Source of the DNA: Candidatus Omnitrophota bacterium
GTDB taxonomy: Bacteria > Omnitrophota > Gorgyraeia > 2-01-FULL-45-10
Direction of reading: 5' to 3'
DNA length: 62,900 bases
Assembly (NCBI GenBank): GCA_903843285.1
Contig: CAIMPC010000019.1
Span: 1-62,900 of the forward strand
In this document: positions 21,405 through 30,112 of the stretch, in pieces
Numbering within the stretch: the stretch's first letter is position 1
Layout: each line of letters starts with the position of its first letter
Made by a program: the position numbers and the translations under genes
The notes under the pieces: generated by a model
Databases searched by the model: none
What the model was told of the DNA's origin: nothing
Seen by the model: only the letters and a program-made list of their open reading frames with translations

Positions 21405-21485
21405 AGGGTGGGGGAGATTTTTCGGCACACCTCAGTCAGGCGTTTACTTTTGGGTGGTGCCTTCGCTTGTCGTTCGCTCGGATAG

Positions 21486-21530
21486 ATATCTAACCAGGTT
21501 AGATTAGATAGGTCTAACCTGGTTAGATAT
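21486..21530. repeat. Pair of CCWGG-centred palindromes (family 2, locus 1)
   Basis: atatctaaccaggttagat, then tagata, then ggtctaacctggttagatat. The same units recur at 37223-37256. Confidence 0.85.
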
Positions 21531-21586
21531 TGCAGGTTGCAAACCCTGCGCAGAAAATTCGGGCTGTCCGATGGCGCCTGTCTACT

Positions 21587-21728
21587 GGGACTGTTGCGAA
21601 ATGTCAATTTTCCCGTCATTCTGAACGAAGCCCAAAGGGCGAAGTGAAGAATCTCGACGGTAAATAGATTCTTCGGTCGGCCGATGGCCTCCCTCAGAAT
21701 GACGGAAGTTGCATTTTGCAACAGTCCC
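21587..21728 (-). mobile_element. MITE/REP-like nested-palindrome element, copy A (long terminal inverted repeats)
   Basis: The arms gggactgttgcgaaatgtcaattttcccgtcattctga and tcagaatgacggaagttgcattttgcaacagtccc are imperfect inverted repeats. There is an inner hairpin gaagaatct/agattcttc. CTACT lies on both flanks (21582-21586 and 21729-21733). The core is 21615-21703. Confidence 0.75.
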
Positions 21729-21800
21729 CTACTTGACGTGGCTCATCGTAGTCAAGCGGGATCCGAAGGATATTATAGTAACAGAAAAGATGATGAAAAA

Positions 21801-22847
21801 ATGATTAAGCGAAAGAGAACAAGACAGATCAGGGTTGGAGGCGTAAAGATAGGCGAAGGTGCGCCCATATCGATACAGTCGATGACGACTACGCCCACTG
21901 CGGATGTCCCGGCAACTCTCGCGCAGATTAAAAGGCTTGAGAGTGCCGGCTGTGAGATCGTGCGAGTTGCGATCAGGGATATGCGGGATGCGGCAGCTGT
22001 CGGTAAGATAAAGGCCGGGGCAAGGATTCCGGTGGTCTGCGATATACATTTCGATTACAGGCTCGCCCTCGAATGCATAAAAGCGGGCGCTGATAAGATA
22101 CGGCTTAATCCGGGGAATATTAAGAAGCCGGATGAAATAGCGGCCGTTGTTAAGGCGGCCTCGAAAGCGCGCATCCCTATAAGAGTGGGCGTTAATTCAG
22201 GGTCCGCAGGATCAAGTTCACCCGACGCTCTCGTGACCGCGGCAAATAGATATGTTAAAAAACTTGAAGAGCTGAATTTTCATGATATAATTATATCCCT
22301 GAAAGCTTCCGATGTTGTCTCAACGGTAGAAGCTTACAGGAAGATGTCAAAGGTAAGTGACTATCCCCTGCATCTCGGCGTTACAGCCGCCGGCCCCCAC
22401 CAGAGCGGTATAATAAAGTCTTCGGTTGGAATAGGAAGCCTTTTGTTGGACGGAATAGGCGATACTATAAGGGTGTCATTGACCGCCGATCCTATAGAGG
22501 AGATAAGTGCGGCGAGGCGCATTCTAAGTTCGCTGAATTTGAGGAATTTCGGGCCCGAGATAGTTTCATGCCCGACATGCGGTCGTTGTCAGGTAGATCT
22601 TCTTAGAATAGTGGAGGCCTTAGAGGGTAAATTATCGGCCATGAAATATCAGCCCTCAGATAGACGTCCGATTACAATAGCCGTTATGGGTTGTGAAGTT
22701 AATGGGCCCGGTGAAGCCAGAGAAGCCGATATTGGGATCGCCTCGGGTAAGGGTTCCGGAGCCCTTTTCGTTAAGGGTAAAGTGCTGAGGCGCGTTAAAG
22801 AAAAACATTTTGTTACAGAACTATTAAAGGAACTGAAGAAAATATGA
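21801..22847 (+). CDS. ispG: 4-hydroxy-3-methylbut-2-enyl diphosphate synthase
   Basis: I prefer the start at ATG 21801 (MIKRKRTRQIRVGGVKIGEGAPISIQSMT). The track start at 21684 lies inside repeat copy A. Fe-S cysteines are in CPTCGRC and GCEVNGPGE. Confidence 0.92.
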   Translation: MIKRKRTRQIRVGGVKIGEGAPISIQSMTTTPTADVPATLAQIKRLESAGCEIVRVAIRDMRDAAAVGKIKAGARIPVVCDIHFDYRLALECIKAGADKIRLNPGNIKKPDEIAAVVKAASKARIPIRVGVNSGSAGSSSPDALVTAANRYVKKLEELNFHDIIISLKASDVVSTVEAYRKMSKVSDYPLHLGVTAAGPHQSGIIKSSVGIGSLLLDGIGDTIRVSLTADPIEEISAARRILSSLNLRNFGPEIVSCPTCGRCQVDLLRIVEALEGKLSAMKYQPSDRRPITIAVMGCEVNGPGEAREADIGIASGKGSGALFVKGKVLRRVKEKHFVTELLKELKKI

Positions 22848-24553
22848 GATGGTCTAAGAGTTTTATACCGACACTGAAAGAAGATCCGCAGGACGCGGAA
22901 GTAATAAGCCATAAACTTATGATCCGCGGCGGATTCGTAAGAAAGCTCGTATCCGGCGTATATTCGTTTTTGCCGCTCGGCGTCCGTGTTCTCGAGAAAG
23001 TTAAGAGGATAATAAGAGAAGAGATGGATATTAAGGGCAGCCAGGAAGTGTTAATGCCTGCTATACATCCGCCTGAGATTTGGAAAAGGACGGGTCGTTA
23101 CGAAGTTCTAGGTGAGGTGCTTATAAAGTTTAAAGACAGGCACGGCAGAGAGTTGCTCCTGGGCCCAACACACGAGGAGATCGTGACTGATCTTGTGGCA
23201 AACAATGTGAAGAGCTACAAGGAACTTCCTCTTATACTATACCAGATTCAGACGAAGTTCAGAGATGAACCGCGTCCGCGTTTCGGCGTAATGAGGACGT
23301 CCGAATTTATAATGAAGGATGCATATTCGTTTGACTGCGATGTAGCCGGGCTGGAAGAAAGCTATAAGAAGATGTACGATGCTTACTGCCGGATATTCAC
23401 CAGATGCGGCCTTCCATTTGTTCCTGTGCAGGCCGATCCCGGCATGATGGGCGGCAGTGTATCTCATGAATTCATGGTTCCGTCTGAGGCCGGTGAAGAC
23501 AGAATCGTAATCTGTTCTAAGTGTAAATATTCCGCCAGCACAGAGGTGGCAGAATGCAGGACTAAGGCGAAGTCGGTCTCGGCGAAGGAGAAGACACTGC
23601 CGATAGCGCAGGTCGATACGCCCGGTATAACTACGATCGAGAAGGTGTCGGAGCTTCTTAAGGTTGGAGCGGAGAAGATGGTGAAGACTCTCATATATAA
23701 GGCCGATGGAAATGTGGTAGCGGTTCTTCTTCGCGGCGACCACGAGGCCAATGAGACCAAGGTTAAAAATTTCCTGAAGGTGGTTAATCTTGAGCTGGCG
23801 GATTCGAAAACGATCGAAGATGTTACCAGAGCGCCCGTCGGTTTTACCGGTCCGGTCGGTATCAGGAACACAAGGATAATCGCGGATAATGCGGTAAGAA
23901 ATATGGATAACTTTATTACTGGCGCAAACAAGAAAGATGCCCATATAATAAATGTCAATATCGGGCGCGACTTTGAAACAAAAGAGTTTGCGGATCTTAG
24001 AATGATCACTAAGGACGACGGATGTCCGGCCTGCGGCAAATCTATTGAGGTGAAGCAATCCATAGAGGTTGGCCACACGTTCAAACTTGGCACAAAGTAT
24101 TCAGATGTATTAGGCGCCAAGGTATTGGATAAAGACGGCAAGGAGATCGTTGCTGTAATGGGTTGTTACGGCATAGGAGTGACCAGGATACTGGCAAGCG
24201 TTATAGAGACGAACAGTGATAAAGACGGGATCCTATGGCCGATATCGATAGCTCCTTATTCCACAGTTATCATTGCGTTAAATATGGATGATAAAAAGGT
24301 TAAAGAGGTGTCGGAAGCTGTTTACGATGCGTTATCAAAGGCAGGAATTGAGGTACTGTTTGACGACCGCAATGAAACGGCCGGCGTTAAATTCAAAGAT
24401 GCCGATTTGATAGGTATACCCATAAAGATAATAGTGGGGGCAAAGAACGCAAAGAAAGATATAGTGGAAGTTAAAGACCGTAAGTCCGGGGCCATGACCG
24501 AGGTTTTATTAAAGGATATATCCGCACACTTAATGAGGCTGACAGGTGCTTAA
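22844..24553 (+). CDS. proS: Proline-tRNA ligase (bacterial type with insertion/editing domain)
   Basis: 569 aa. Class II aaRS motifs, an internal ~180-aa insertion, and a C-terminal anticodon-binding domain. ATGA overlap with ispG. Confidence 0.93.
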   Translation: MRWSKSFIPTLKEDPQDAEVISHKLMIRGGFVRKLVSGVYSFLPLGVRVLEKVKRIIREEMDIKGSQEVLMPAIHPPEIWKRTGRYEVLGEVLIKFKDRHGRELLLGPTHEEIVTDLVANNVKSYKELPLILYQIQTKFRDEPRPRFGVMRTSEFIMKDAYSFDCDVAGLEESYKKMYDAYCRIFTRCGLPFVPVQADPGMMGGSVSHEFMVPSEAGEDRIVICSKCKYSASTEVAECRTKAKSVSAKEKTLPIAQVDTPGITTIEKVSELLKVGAEKMVKTLIYKADGNVVAVLLRGDHEANETKVKNFLKVVNLELADSKTIEDVTRAPVGFTGPVGIRNTRIIADNAVRNMDNFITGANKKDAHIINVNIGRDFETKEFADLRMITKDDGCPACGKSIEVKQSIEVGHTFKLGTKYSDVLGAKVLDKDGKEIVAVMGCYGIGVTRILASVIETNSDKDGILWPISIAPYSTVIIALNMDDKKVKEVSEAVYDALSKAGIEVLFDDRNETAGVKFKDADLIGIPIKIIVGAKNAKKDIVEVKDRKSGAMTEVLLKDISAHLMRLTGA

Positions 24554-24587
24554 GGTCGAACCCCAAAAATAAGCCGCGAAAATTTAT

Positions 24588-24617
24588 TTGACAAATATTG
24601 GACAATTGTGGTAGTAT
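24588..24617 (+). promoter_or_regulatory. Candidate promoter for rplM-rpsI
   Basis: TTGACA (24588-24593), 18-nt spacer, TGgTAGTAT extended -10 (24609-24617). RBS agaaggtg lies before the GTG at 24663. Confidence 0.5.
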
Positions 24618-24662
24618 TCTAATTCTTATTGGCAATGTAAAACTAACAGAAGAAGGTGTTAA

Positions 24663-25091
24663 GTGAAGACATATATAGCGAAAGATAAGGATATCACGAA
24701 GAGTTGGTACATAGTCGATGCCAAGGATAAGATCCTCGGGCGCCTTGCTACCAAAGTGGCTAGCATATTGATAGGTAAAGATAAGGTGATATTTTCGCCT
24801 CATCAGAATCTGGGCGACGAGGTTATTGTTATTAACGCAAGCAAGATAAAGGTCACTGGAAAGAAGCTGGAGCAAAAAGAGTATAAGAGGTACTCTGCAT
24901 ATCCGGGTGGCTTAAATATCGAAACCCTCGAGGTTGTTCTTAAGAAGGATCCTGAGCGTGTAATAAGACATGCGGTATCCGGAATGCTCCCAAAGACCAA
25001 GCTCGGAGAAAAAATGTTAAAGAAGTTAAGGGTATATGCAGATGATAAGCATCCGCACGCATCCCAGAACCCCAAAGAACTTACCGTATAG
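24663..25091 (+). CDS. rplM: 50S ribosomal protein L13
   Basis: 142 aa. WYIVDAKDKILGRLA N-terminal block. GTG start. Confidence 0.95.
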   Translation: MKTYIAKDKDITKSWYIVDAKDKILGRLATKVASILIGKDKVIFSPHQNLGDEVIVINASKIKVTGKKLEQKEYKRYSAYPGGLNIETLEVVLKKDPERVIRHAVSGMLPKTKLGEKMLKKLRVYADDKHPHASQNPKELTV

Positions 25092-25108
25092 GAAAGAGGA
25101 AGATATAA

Positions 25109-25504
25109 ATGGCAGAGAAAGTCCAATATATAGCCACAGGAAGGCGTAAAAATTCTATAGCCCGCGTACGGATCATTGATGGTACCGGCAAGATAACCAT
25201 AAATAAGAGGCCGTTCGAGAATTATTTCCCGAGAGAGGTCAATCGTCTGGTTATCATGCAACCACTGGAGCTTGTTAATCTTGTACCTAAGTTGGATGTG
25301 TTCGCGAATTGTTGCGGCGGTGGATTGAGCGGCCAGGCAGGCGCTGTTAAGCTGGGCATATCCAGAGCCCTTGTTAAAATGGATGCCGAACTGAAAAATA
25401 CTATCAAAAAAGCAGGCTTCTTAACGCGTGATCCGAGAGCCAGGGAGCGTAAGAAATACGGTAGGAAGAGAGCCAGGAGAAGATTCCAGTTCACGAAGAG
25501 ATAA
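25109..25504 (+). CDS. rpsI: 30S ribosomal protein S9
   Basis: 131 aa. Contains the GGGLSGQAGAVKLGISRAL block and a basic C-terminus ending in KR. Confidence 0.95.
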   Translation: MAEKVQYIATGRRKNSIARVRIIDGTGKITINKRPFENYFPREVNRLVIMQPLELVNLVPKLDVFANCCGGGLSGQAGAVKLGISRALVKMDAELKNTIKKAGFLTRDPRARERKKYGRKRARRRFQFTKR

Positions 25505-25540
25505 TATAGGCAGCCTTAAAAAGGTTTCCGACGACAATTT

Positions 25541-25594
25541 AAAGGCCTACCGGGTCAACTCCGACGATGATTTTAGTTGACACTGTAGGCCTTT
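25541..25594 (+). terminator. Possible terminator-like compound hairpin after rpsI
   Basis: Outer stem aaaggcctac/gtaggccttt (10 bp) and inner stem gtcaact/agttgac (7 bp), followed by a T-rich tgcttt. The large loop and interrupted T tract make it non-canonical. Confidence 0.4.
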
Positions 25595-25605
25595 TGCTTT
25601 AATAT
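25577..25605 (+). promoter_or_regulatory. Candidate promoter of the arg-lys block
   Basis: TTGACA (25577-25582), 17-nt spacer, TAATAT (25600-25605). It is embedded in the descending arm of the rpsI-distal hairpin. Confidence 0.55.
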
Positions 25606-25650
25606 TAAAGAATGCGTCCGTCGAGGATGATGACAAGAATGGAGACGAAT

Positions 25651-26673
25651 ATGCTTAAAGTGGGAGTGGTAGGCGTTACCGGATATTCCGGAGAGGAAGC
25701 GCTAAAGATCCTTCTTAACCATAAAAATGTTACGATAACAGAGGTCTCGGCGTTTTCTGCAGTAAGTCAGGGTGAGGAGCCGATAGGTTCTCTGATAGGT
25801 TCATTCAAGGGCCGGATCGATATTATGTGCAAGAAGACGGATCCACAAGCAATGGCCAAGAACGTCGATCTTGTTTTTCTGGCTCTACCACACAAAGTTT
25901 CGATGGAGGTGGCTCCTGTATTTTTAAGCGCAGGCAAGCGGGTAATAGACTTAAGCGCTGACTACAGACTGAGCGCGCCTGTGTATGAAAAGCATTATTG
26001 CGTCGGGCATAAGGACAAGGACAACCTGTCTCAGGCCGTATACGGATTGCCCGAACTTAACAGACAGATAATAAAGAAGGCCAATTTAATCGCAAATCCT
26101 GGATGCTATCCGACGAGCGCTATACTGGGTATCATGCCCATGCTGAGCCGGGATGCGATAGATGCCTCAGAGATCATTATCGATTCTAAGAGTGGGACGA
26201 CAGGCGCCGGGAAGAAAGCCGATACTTCGCTCTTATTCAGCGAGGTCAATGAGAACCTTAAGGCATATAAGGTGAATGAACATCAGCATATGCCCGAGAT
26301 CAATATGGTTCTGTCGCTCGTGGCTAAGAAAGATATAAGCGTGGTCTTCACGCCTCATCTTATTCCGATGAATAGAGGCATACTTTCTACAATATATTTG
26401 AAACTGACAAAGCCTATGGATACGGCGGCGGTTATTAGCGCATATAAATCATTTTATAAGGACGAACCGTTCGTCAGAGTGCTGGACGAAGGTAATTTCC
26501 CTCAGGTAAGAGATGTAGTGAATACGAACTTTTGTGATATCGGTATTAAGGTTACCGGATCACGGCTGATAGTGATATCGTGTATCGATAATTTGACAAA
26601 GGGAGCCTCAGGCCAGGCGGTCCAGAATATGAATATTATGTGCGGCTTCGACGAGACCGAGGGGCTGAGATAA
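25651..26673 (+). CDS. argC: N-acetyl-gamma-glutamyl-phosphate reductase
   Basis: I prefer the start at ATG 25651 (MLKVGVVGVTGYSGEE), with GGAG 6 nt upstream. The active-site block is ANPGCYPTSA. Confidence 0.92.
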   Translation: MLKVGVVGVTGYSGEEALKILLNHKNVTITEVSAFSAVSQGEEPIGSLIGSFKGRIDIMCKKTDPQAMAKNVDLVFLALPHKVSMEVAPVFLSAGKRVIDLSADYRLSAPVYEKHYCVGHKDKDNLSQAVYGLPELNRQIIKKANLIANPGCYPTSAILGIMPMLSRDAIDASEIIIDSKSGTTGAGKKADTSLLFSEVNENLKAYKVNEHQHMPEINMVLSLVAKKDISVVFTPHLIPMNRGILSTIYLKLTKPMDTAAVISAYKSFYKDEPFVRVLDEGNFPQVRDVVNTNFCDIGIKVTGSRLIVISCIDNLTKGASGQAVQNMNIMCGFDETEGLR

Positions 26674-26777
26674 CGAGATTTTTCGCCCTTATCGGTCAGG
26701 CGGCCTCGAAAGTAAACGCCGCTATGGCAGGCAAAACGATTTATTGTAAAAATCTCGGAGCAATTAAGGATTGAGTT

Positions 26778-27998
26778 ATGATTAAAGTCAAAGGTGGGGT
26801 TACGGCCCCGAAGGGATTTCTGGCCAGCGGAGTAAAGGCCGGAATCAAAGTCTCGGGCAAGAAGGATCTGGCGCTCATATATTCAGAGGTGCCTGCCGTG
26901 GCGGCCGGCGCATTGACTACGAACCGTTGTAAGGCGGCCCCGGTCAAAGTCAGCCTTACGCATTTAAACGCCAAGACTCATCAGTCGATCATCGTGAACA
27001 GCGGAAACGCCAATTGCGCGAACGGCAAGACCGGCCAACGCGATGCTCACGCCATGACTTCGGGCGTTGCAAAACTCCTGAAAATAGATGAGCGGATGGT
27101 ATTGGTTGCCTCGACAGGCATAATAGGGCAGGCTTTGCCGGTGGAGAAGATAGAGAAGGCTCTTCCGGCGCTGGTACACGAATTAGCGAAAGATAAGGGC
27201 ACCGACTTTGCCGACGCGATAATGACCACAGACACTAAAAGGAAAGAGCTTGCGGTTAAGATTAAACTTGGTGCCTCCGAGGTGACTATCGGCGGTTCAT
27301 GCAAGGGCGTGGGTATGCTCTATCCCGAGATGAAGACGGCTATGCACGCCACGATGCTGGCTTTTATTACGACGGATGCTTCGATATCTAAAAAGATGCT
27401 GGAGGAGTCGTGCGATGAGGCTGTATGGGGCTCGTTCAATATGGTTTCCGTCGACGGCGATATGAGCACAAACGATACCTGTTTCATTATGGCCAACGGC
27501 TTGGCCGGTAACAAAAAGATCACGGGCAAGGACGCTAATTATAAGAAATTTACCGAGGCGTTTAAATATCTGGCAGGCGAATTAGCTAAGATGCTGGCAG
27601 CAGACGGTGAAGGCGCTACGAAACTCGTCGAGATATTGGTTAAGGGGGCAAGGACCGTAGAGGAAGCCAGAGCTATGGCTCGTAAGATATCGATCTCCAA
27701 CCTATTAAAGTGCGCGATCTTCGGGTCAGATCCGAACTGGGGCAGGATCGTGGCCTCAGCTGGCGCAAGTGGGGTCGATTTTGATATTGATAAAACGGAT
27801 GTCTATCTGGGTCCGGTGAAAGCGCTATCGAACGGTTCTATAGACGCCTCATTCACTAAGGATAAGGCCAGAAGATACTTTAAAGACAAAAATGTTTACA
27901 TAACGGTTGACTTAAAGAGCGGCAGATCGTTTGCAAGAGCCTGGACATGCGACTTCTCTAAGGAATATGTCACGATAAATTCTGAGTACAGTACGTAG
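26778..27998 (+). CDS. argJ: Bifunctional ornithine acetyltransferase / N-acetylglutamate synthase
   Basis: 406 aa. The autoprocessing site block is HATMLAFITTDA. Confidence 0.93.
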   Translation: MIKVKGGVTAPKGFLASGVKAGIKVSGKKDLALIYSEVPAVAAGALTTNRCKAAPVKVSLTHLNAKTHQSIIVNSGNANCANGKTGQRDAHAMTSGVAKLLKIDERMVLVASTGIIGQALPVEKIEKALPALVHELAKDKGTDFADAIMTTDTKRKELAVKIKLGASEVTIGGSCKGVGMLYPEMKTAMHATMLAFITTDASISKKMLEESCDEAVWGSFNMVSVDGDMSTNDTCFIMANGLAGNKKITGKDANYKKFTEAFKYLAGELAKMLAADGEGATKLVEILVKGARTVEEARAMARKISISNLLKCAIFGSDPNWGRIVASAGASGVDFDIDKTDVYLGPVKALSNGSIDASFTKDKARRYFKDKNVYITVDLKSGRSFARAWTCDFSKEYVTINSEYST

Positions 27999-28026
27999 CC
28001 TAAGGCCGAAAGAAGAATAGAATAAA

Positions 28027-28881
28027 ATGAAAGAGGCTATAAGAAAGAGCGAAGTGCTGATCGAGGCACTCCCGCATATAAAAAAGTTTTTCGAAAAGAC
28101 GATTGTAATAAAGTATGGTGGCGCAGCTGTGGACGAGAAGGGGCTGGATCCCGCTATATTAGAGGATATCATGTTCATGAATTATGTCGGCATGAGGCCG
28201 GTCATCGTTCATGGTGGGGGGCCATACATATCGAAGATGATGAAGAAAGCAGGTATTGAACCTAAATTCATCGGTGGCCGTAGATATACGGACGATAAAT
28301 CTCTTCACATTATAGAGAGCGCACTGGCTACGATTAACGGCAAAATTGTCAAGGCCCTTAAAGGTATGGGTGCGAAGGCGTTCGGTATTAGCGGCAGAGA
28401 GAATGGCCTGATACGAGTTAAGAAAATGAAACTCGATGCGGATCTCGGATACGTAGGGGAAGTTACCTCCGTAGACACTACGGTTATAAAGCGCTTGATT
28501 AAGGATAATATAGTGCCGGTCATATATCCGCTCGGTATAGGCAGAGACCATCACGTCTACAATGTTAATGCCGATGATGTGGCGAGCGAGATCGCGGTGG
28601 CATTAAAGGCGGAGAAGTTCGTGCTGTTGACAAACGTGAGAGGGGTGTTGAAAGACAAAAAGGATCCCGACTCATTATATGATACGCTTAAAGCCGGTGA
28701 AGCGATGAAGCTGATCAATAAAAATATTATCGACGGCGGAATGATTCCAAAGACGATGTCATGCATAAATGCGATAAAGGGTGGAGTTAAGAAGGCGCAT
28801 ATACTCGATGCGGGGATCCCGCATGCGTTACTGCTGGAAATATTTACCGATAAAGGTATAGGGACACAAGTAGTAAAATAA
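28027..28881 (+). CDS. argB: Acetylglutamate kinase
   Basis: 284 aa. Motifs VIKYGGAA, VIVHGGGP and NVNADD. Confidence 0.93.
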   Translation: MKEAIRKSEVLIEALPHIKKFFEKTIVIKYGGAAVDEKGLDPAILEDIMFMNYVGMRPVIVHGGGPYISKMMKKAGIEPKFIGGRRYTDDKSLHIIESALATINGKIVKALKGMGAKAFGISGRENGLIRVKKMKLDADLGYVGEVTSVDTTVIKRLIKDNIVPVIYPLGIGRDHHVYNVNADDVASEIAVALKAEKFVLLTNVRGVLKDKKDPDSLYDTLKAGEAMKLINKNIIDGGMIPKTMSCINAIKGGVKKAHILDAGIPHALLLEIFTDKGIGTQVVK

Positions 28882-28910
28882 TTTCACCGTTAATTGTAAC
28901 AGGGGATGTC

Positions 28911-30095
28911 ATGAATAAGACAGATAAGATAATTTCGATGTATGATAAATATGTGATGAATACATATAAGCGGGTGCCTTTAGTTCTGGAGAAGGCCAAA
29001 GGCTCCATAGTATGGGATGCCGAAGGGAAGCGATATCTGGACTTCTTTCCGGGATGGGCGGTGTCAGGAATAGGGCATTGTCATCCGGCGGTTGCCAGAG
29101 CCGTGTCTATTCAAGTAAAGAAGTTGGTGCATGTGTCGAATAATTACTATTCCGAGCTTCAGGGATTGCTGGCGAAGAAGATAATAGAGAATTCCTTTCC
29201 GGGGAAGGTATTCTTTGCAAATTCGGGCGCGGAGGCTAATGAGGCGGCGATAAAGATCGCCCGTAAGTACGGGCATGATAAGGGAAGATATGAGATCATA
29301 ACGATGGCTAAGTCCTTCCATGGCAGGACTATGGCTATGATAACGGCGACGGGTCAGGACAAGGTTAAGAAAGGCTTCGAGCCGCTTCTTGCCGGATTTG
29401 TGCATGTGCCGTTTAATGATATCGGCGCGATTAATGCCGCTATCAACGAGCGCACCATAGGTGTAATGCTGGAACCTATTCAGTGTGAGGGCGGTATCAA
29501 TATTCCCGGCGTTGATTATATGAAGGGCCTGAGAAAGCTCTGTGATGAGAAGGATCTGACGCTTATATTTGACGAGGTGCAGACCGGCATGGGTAGAAGC
29601 GGCAAGATGTTTGCGGGTGAGGTGTTCGGTGTGAAGCCGGACGTGATGACGCTCGCCAAATCATTGGGCGGCGGACTTCCGATCGGCGCATGCGTCGCTT
29701 ACGGAAAATTCCAGGATGTGCTTACTCCTGGGACGCACGCATCGACATTTGGCGGTTCTCCGATAGTATGCGCCGCGGCGCTCGCCGTATTTGATGTGAT
29801 AAAGAAAGATAAGCTGCTCGCCAATACGAATAAGATGAGCTCATACCTGAAGGGAAAGCTCGAAGCATTGAAGAAGAAATATCATTTTATTAAGGAGATC
29901 AGAACTATAGGGCTTATAATAGGCATAGAGCTGTCTATTAAGGGTGAAGATATTTACAGAGAGTGCATTCACAAGGGACTCCTTATTAACTGTACACAGG
30001 ATACAGTGCTCAGGATAATGCCTCCGATAACGGTTAATAAGGCTGAGATAGATAAGGCTATAGCTGTGCTTGATAAAGTATTAGCAAAGTTTTAA
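28911..30095 (+). CDS. argD: Acetylornithine aminotransferase (class III)
   Basis: 394 aa. Motifs FANSGAEANEAAIK, DEVQTGMGRSGK and TLAKSLGGG (PLP lysine). Confidence 0.9.
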   Translation: MNKTDKIISMYDKYVMNTYKRVPLVLEKAKGSIVWDAEGKRYLDFFPGWAVSGIGHCHPAVARAVSIQVKKLVHVSNNYYSELQGLLAKKIIENSFPGKVFFANSGAEANEAAIKIARKYGHDKGRYEIITMAKSFHGRTMAMITATGQDKVKKGFEPLLAGFVHVPFNDIGAINAAINERTIGVMLEPIQCEGGINIPGVDYMKGLRKLCDEKDLTLIFDEVQTGMGRSGKMFAGEVFGVKPDVMTLAKSLGGGLPIGACVAYGKFQDVLTPGTHASTFGGSPIVCAAALAVFDVIKKDKLLANTNKMSSYLKGKLEALKKKYHFIKEIRTIGLIIGIELSIKGEDIYRECIHKGLLINCTQDTVLRIMPPITVNKAEIDKAIAVLDKVLAKF

Positions 30096-30112
30096 ATGAA
30101 AGAAGGTTTAAC

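Noticed and set aside
21395-21721. 108-aa minus-strand ORF spanning the rseP-ispG spacer
   Set aside because: It is assembled from the CCWGG palindromes and repeat copy A (translation ...LHFALWASFRMTGKLTFRNSPS...). Palindromic repeats read open in both directions, and there is no RBS or homology signal.
21684-21800. Track start of ispG at 21684 (39-codon N-terminal extension)
   Set aside because: The extension begins inside repeat copy A. The conserved IspG N-terminus starts at the ATG at 21801.
23237-24076. Long minus-strand ORFs (279 aa here; also 23464-24141, 34812-35510, 31312-31932, 20726-21340, 40855-41406, 44790-45362, 8043-8609, 2672-3190, 56554-57066 and all shorter minus-strand track ORFs)
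   Set aside because: Each lies entirely antisense to a + strand gene with unmistakable conserved motifs (proS, dapF, argG, rseP, nadX, uvrA, tig, fabF and others). Their translations are low-complexity Ser/Leu/Arg/Pro-rich with no recognisable motifs. They are typical shadow ORFs.
25612-25650. Upstream starts given by the track for argC (25612), argG (31027), the ttcA-like gene (41728), GT2 (54525), the LptC/A-like gene (6000) and the 50169 TTG
   Set aside because: In each case an internal ATG has a better RBS or a start/stop overlap and matches the conserved N-terminus. The upstream extension overlaps the previous gene or an intergenic signal.
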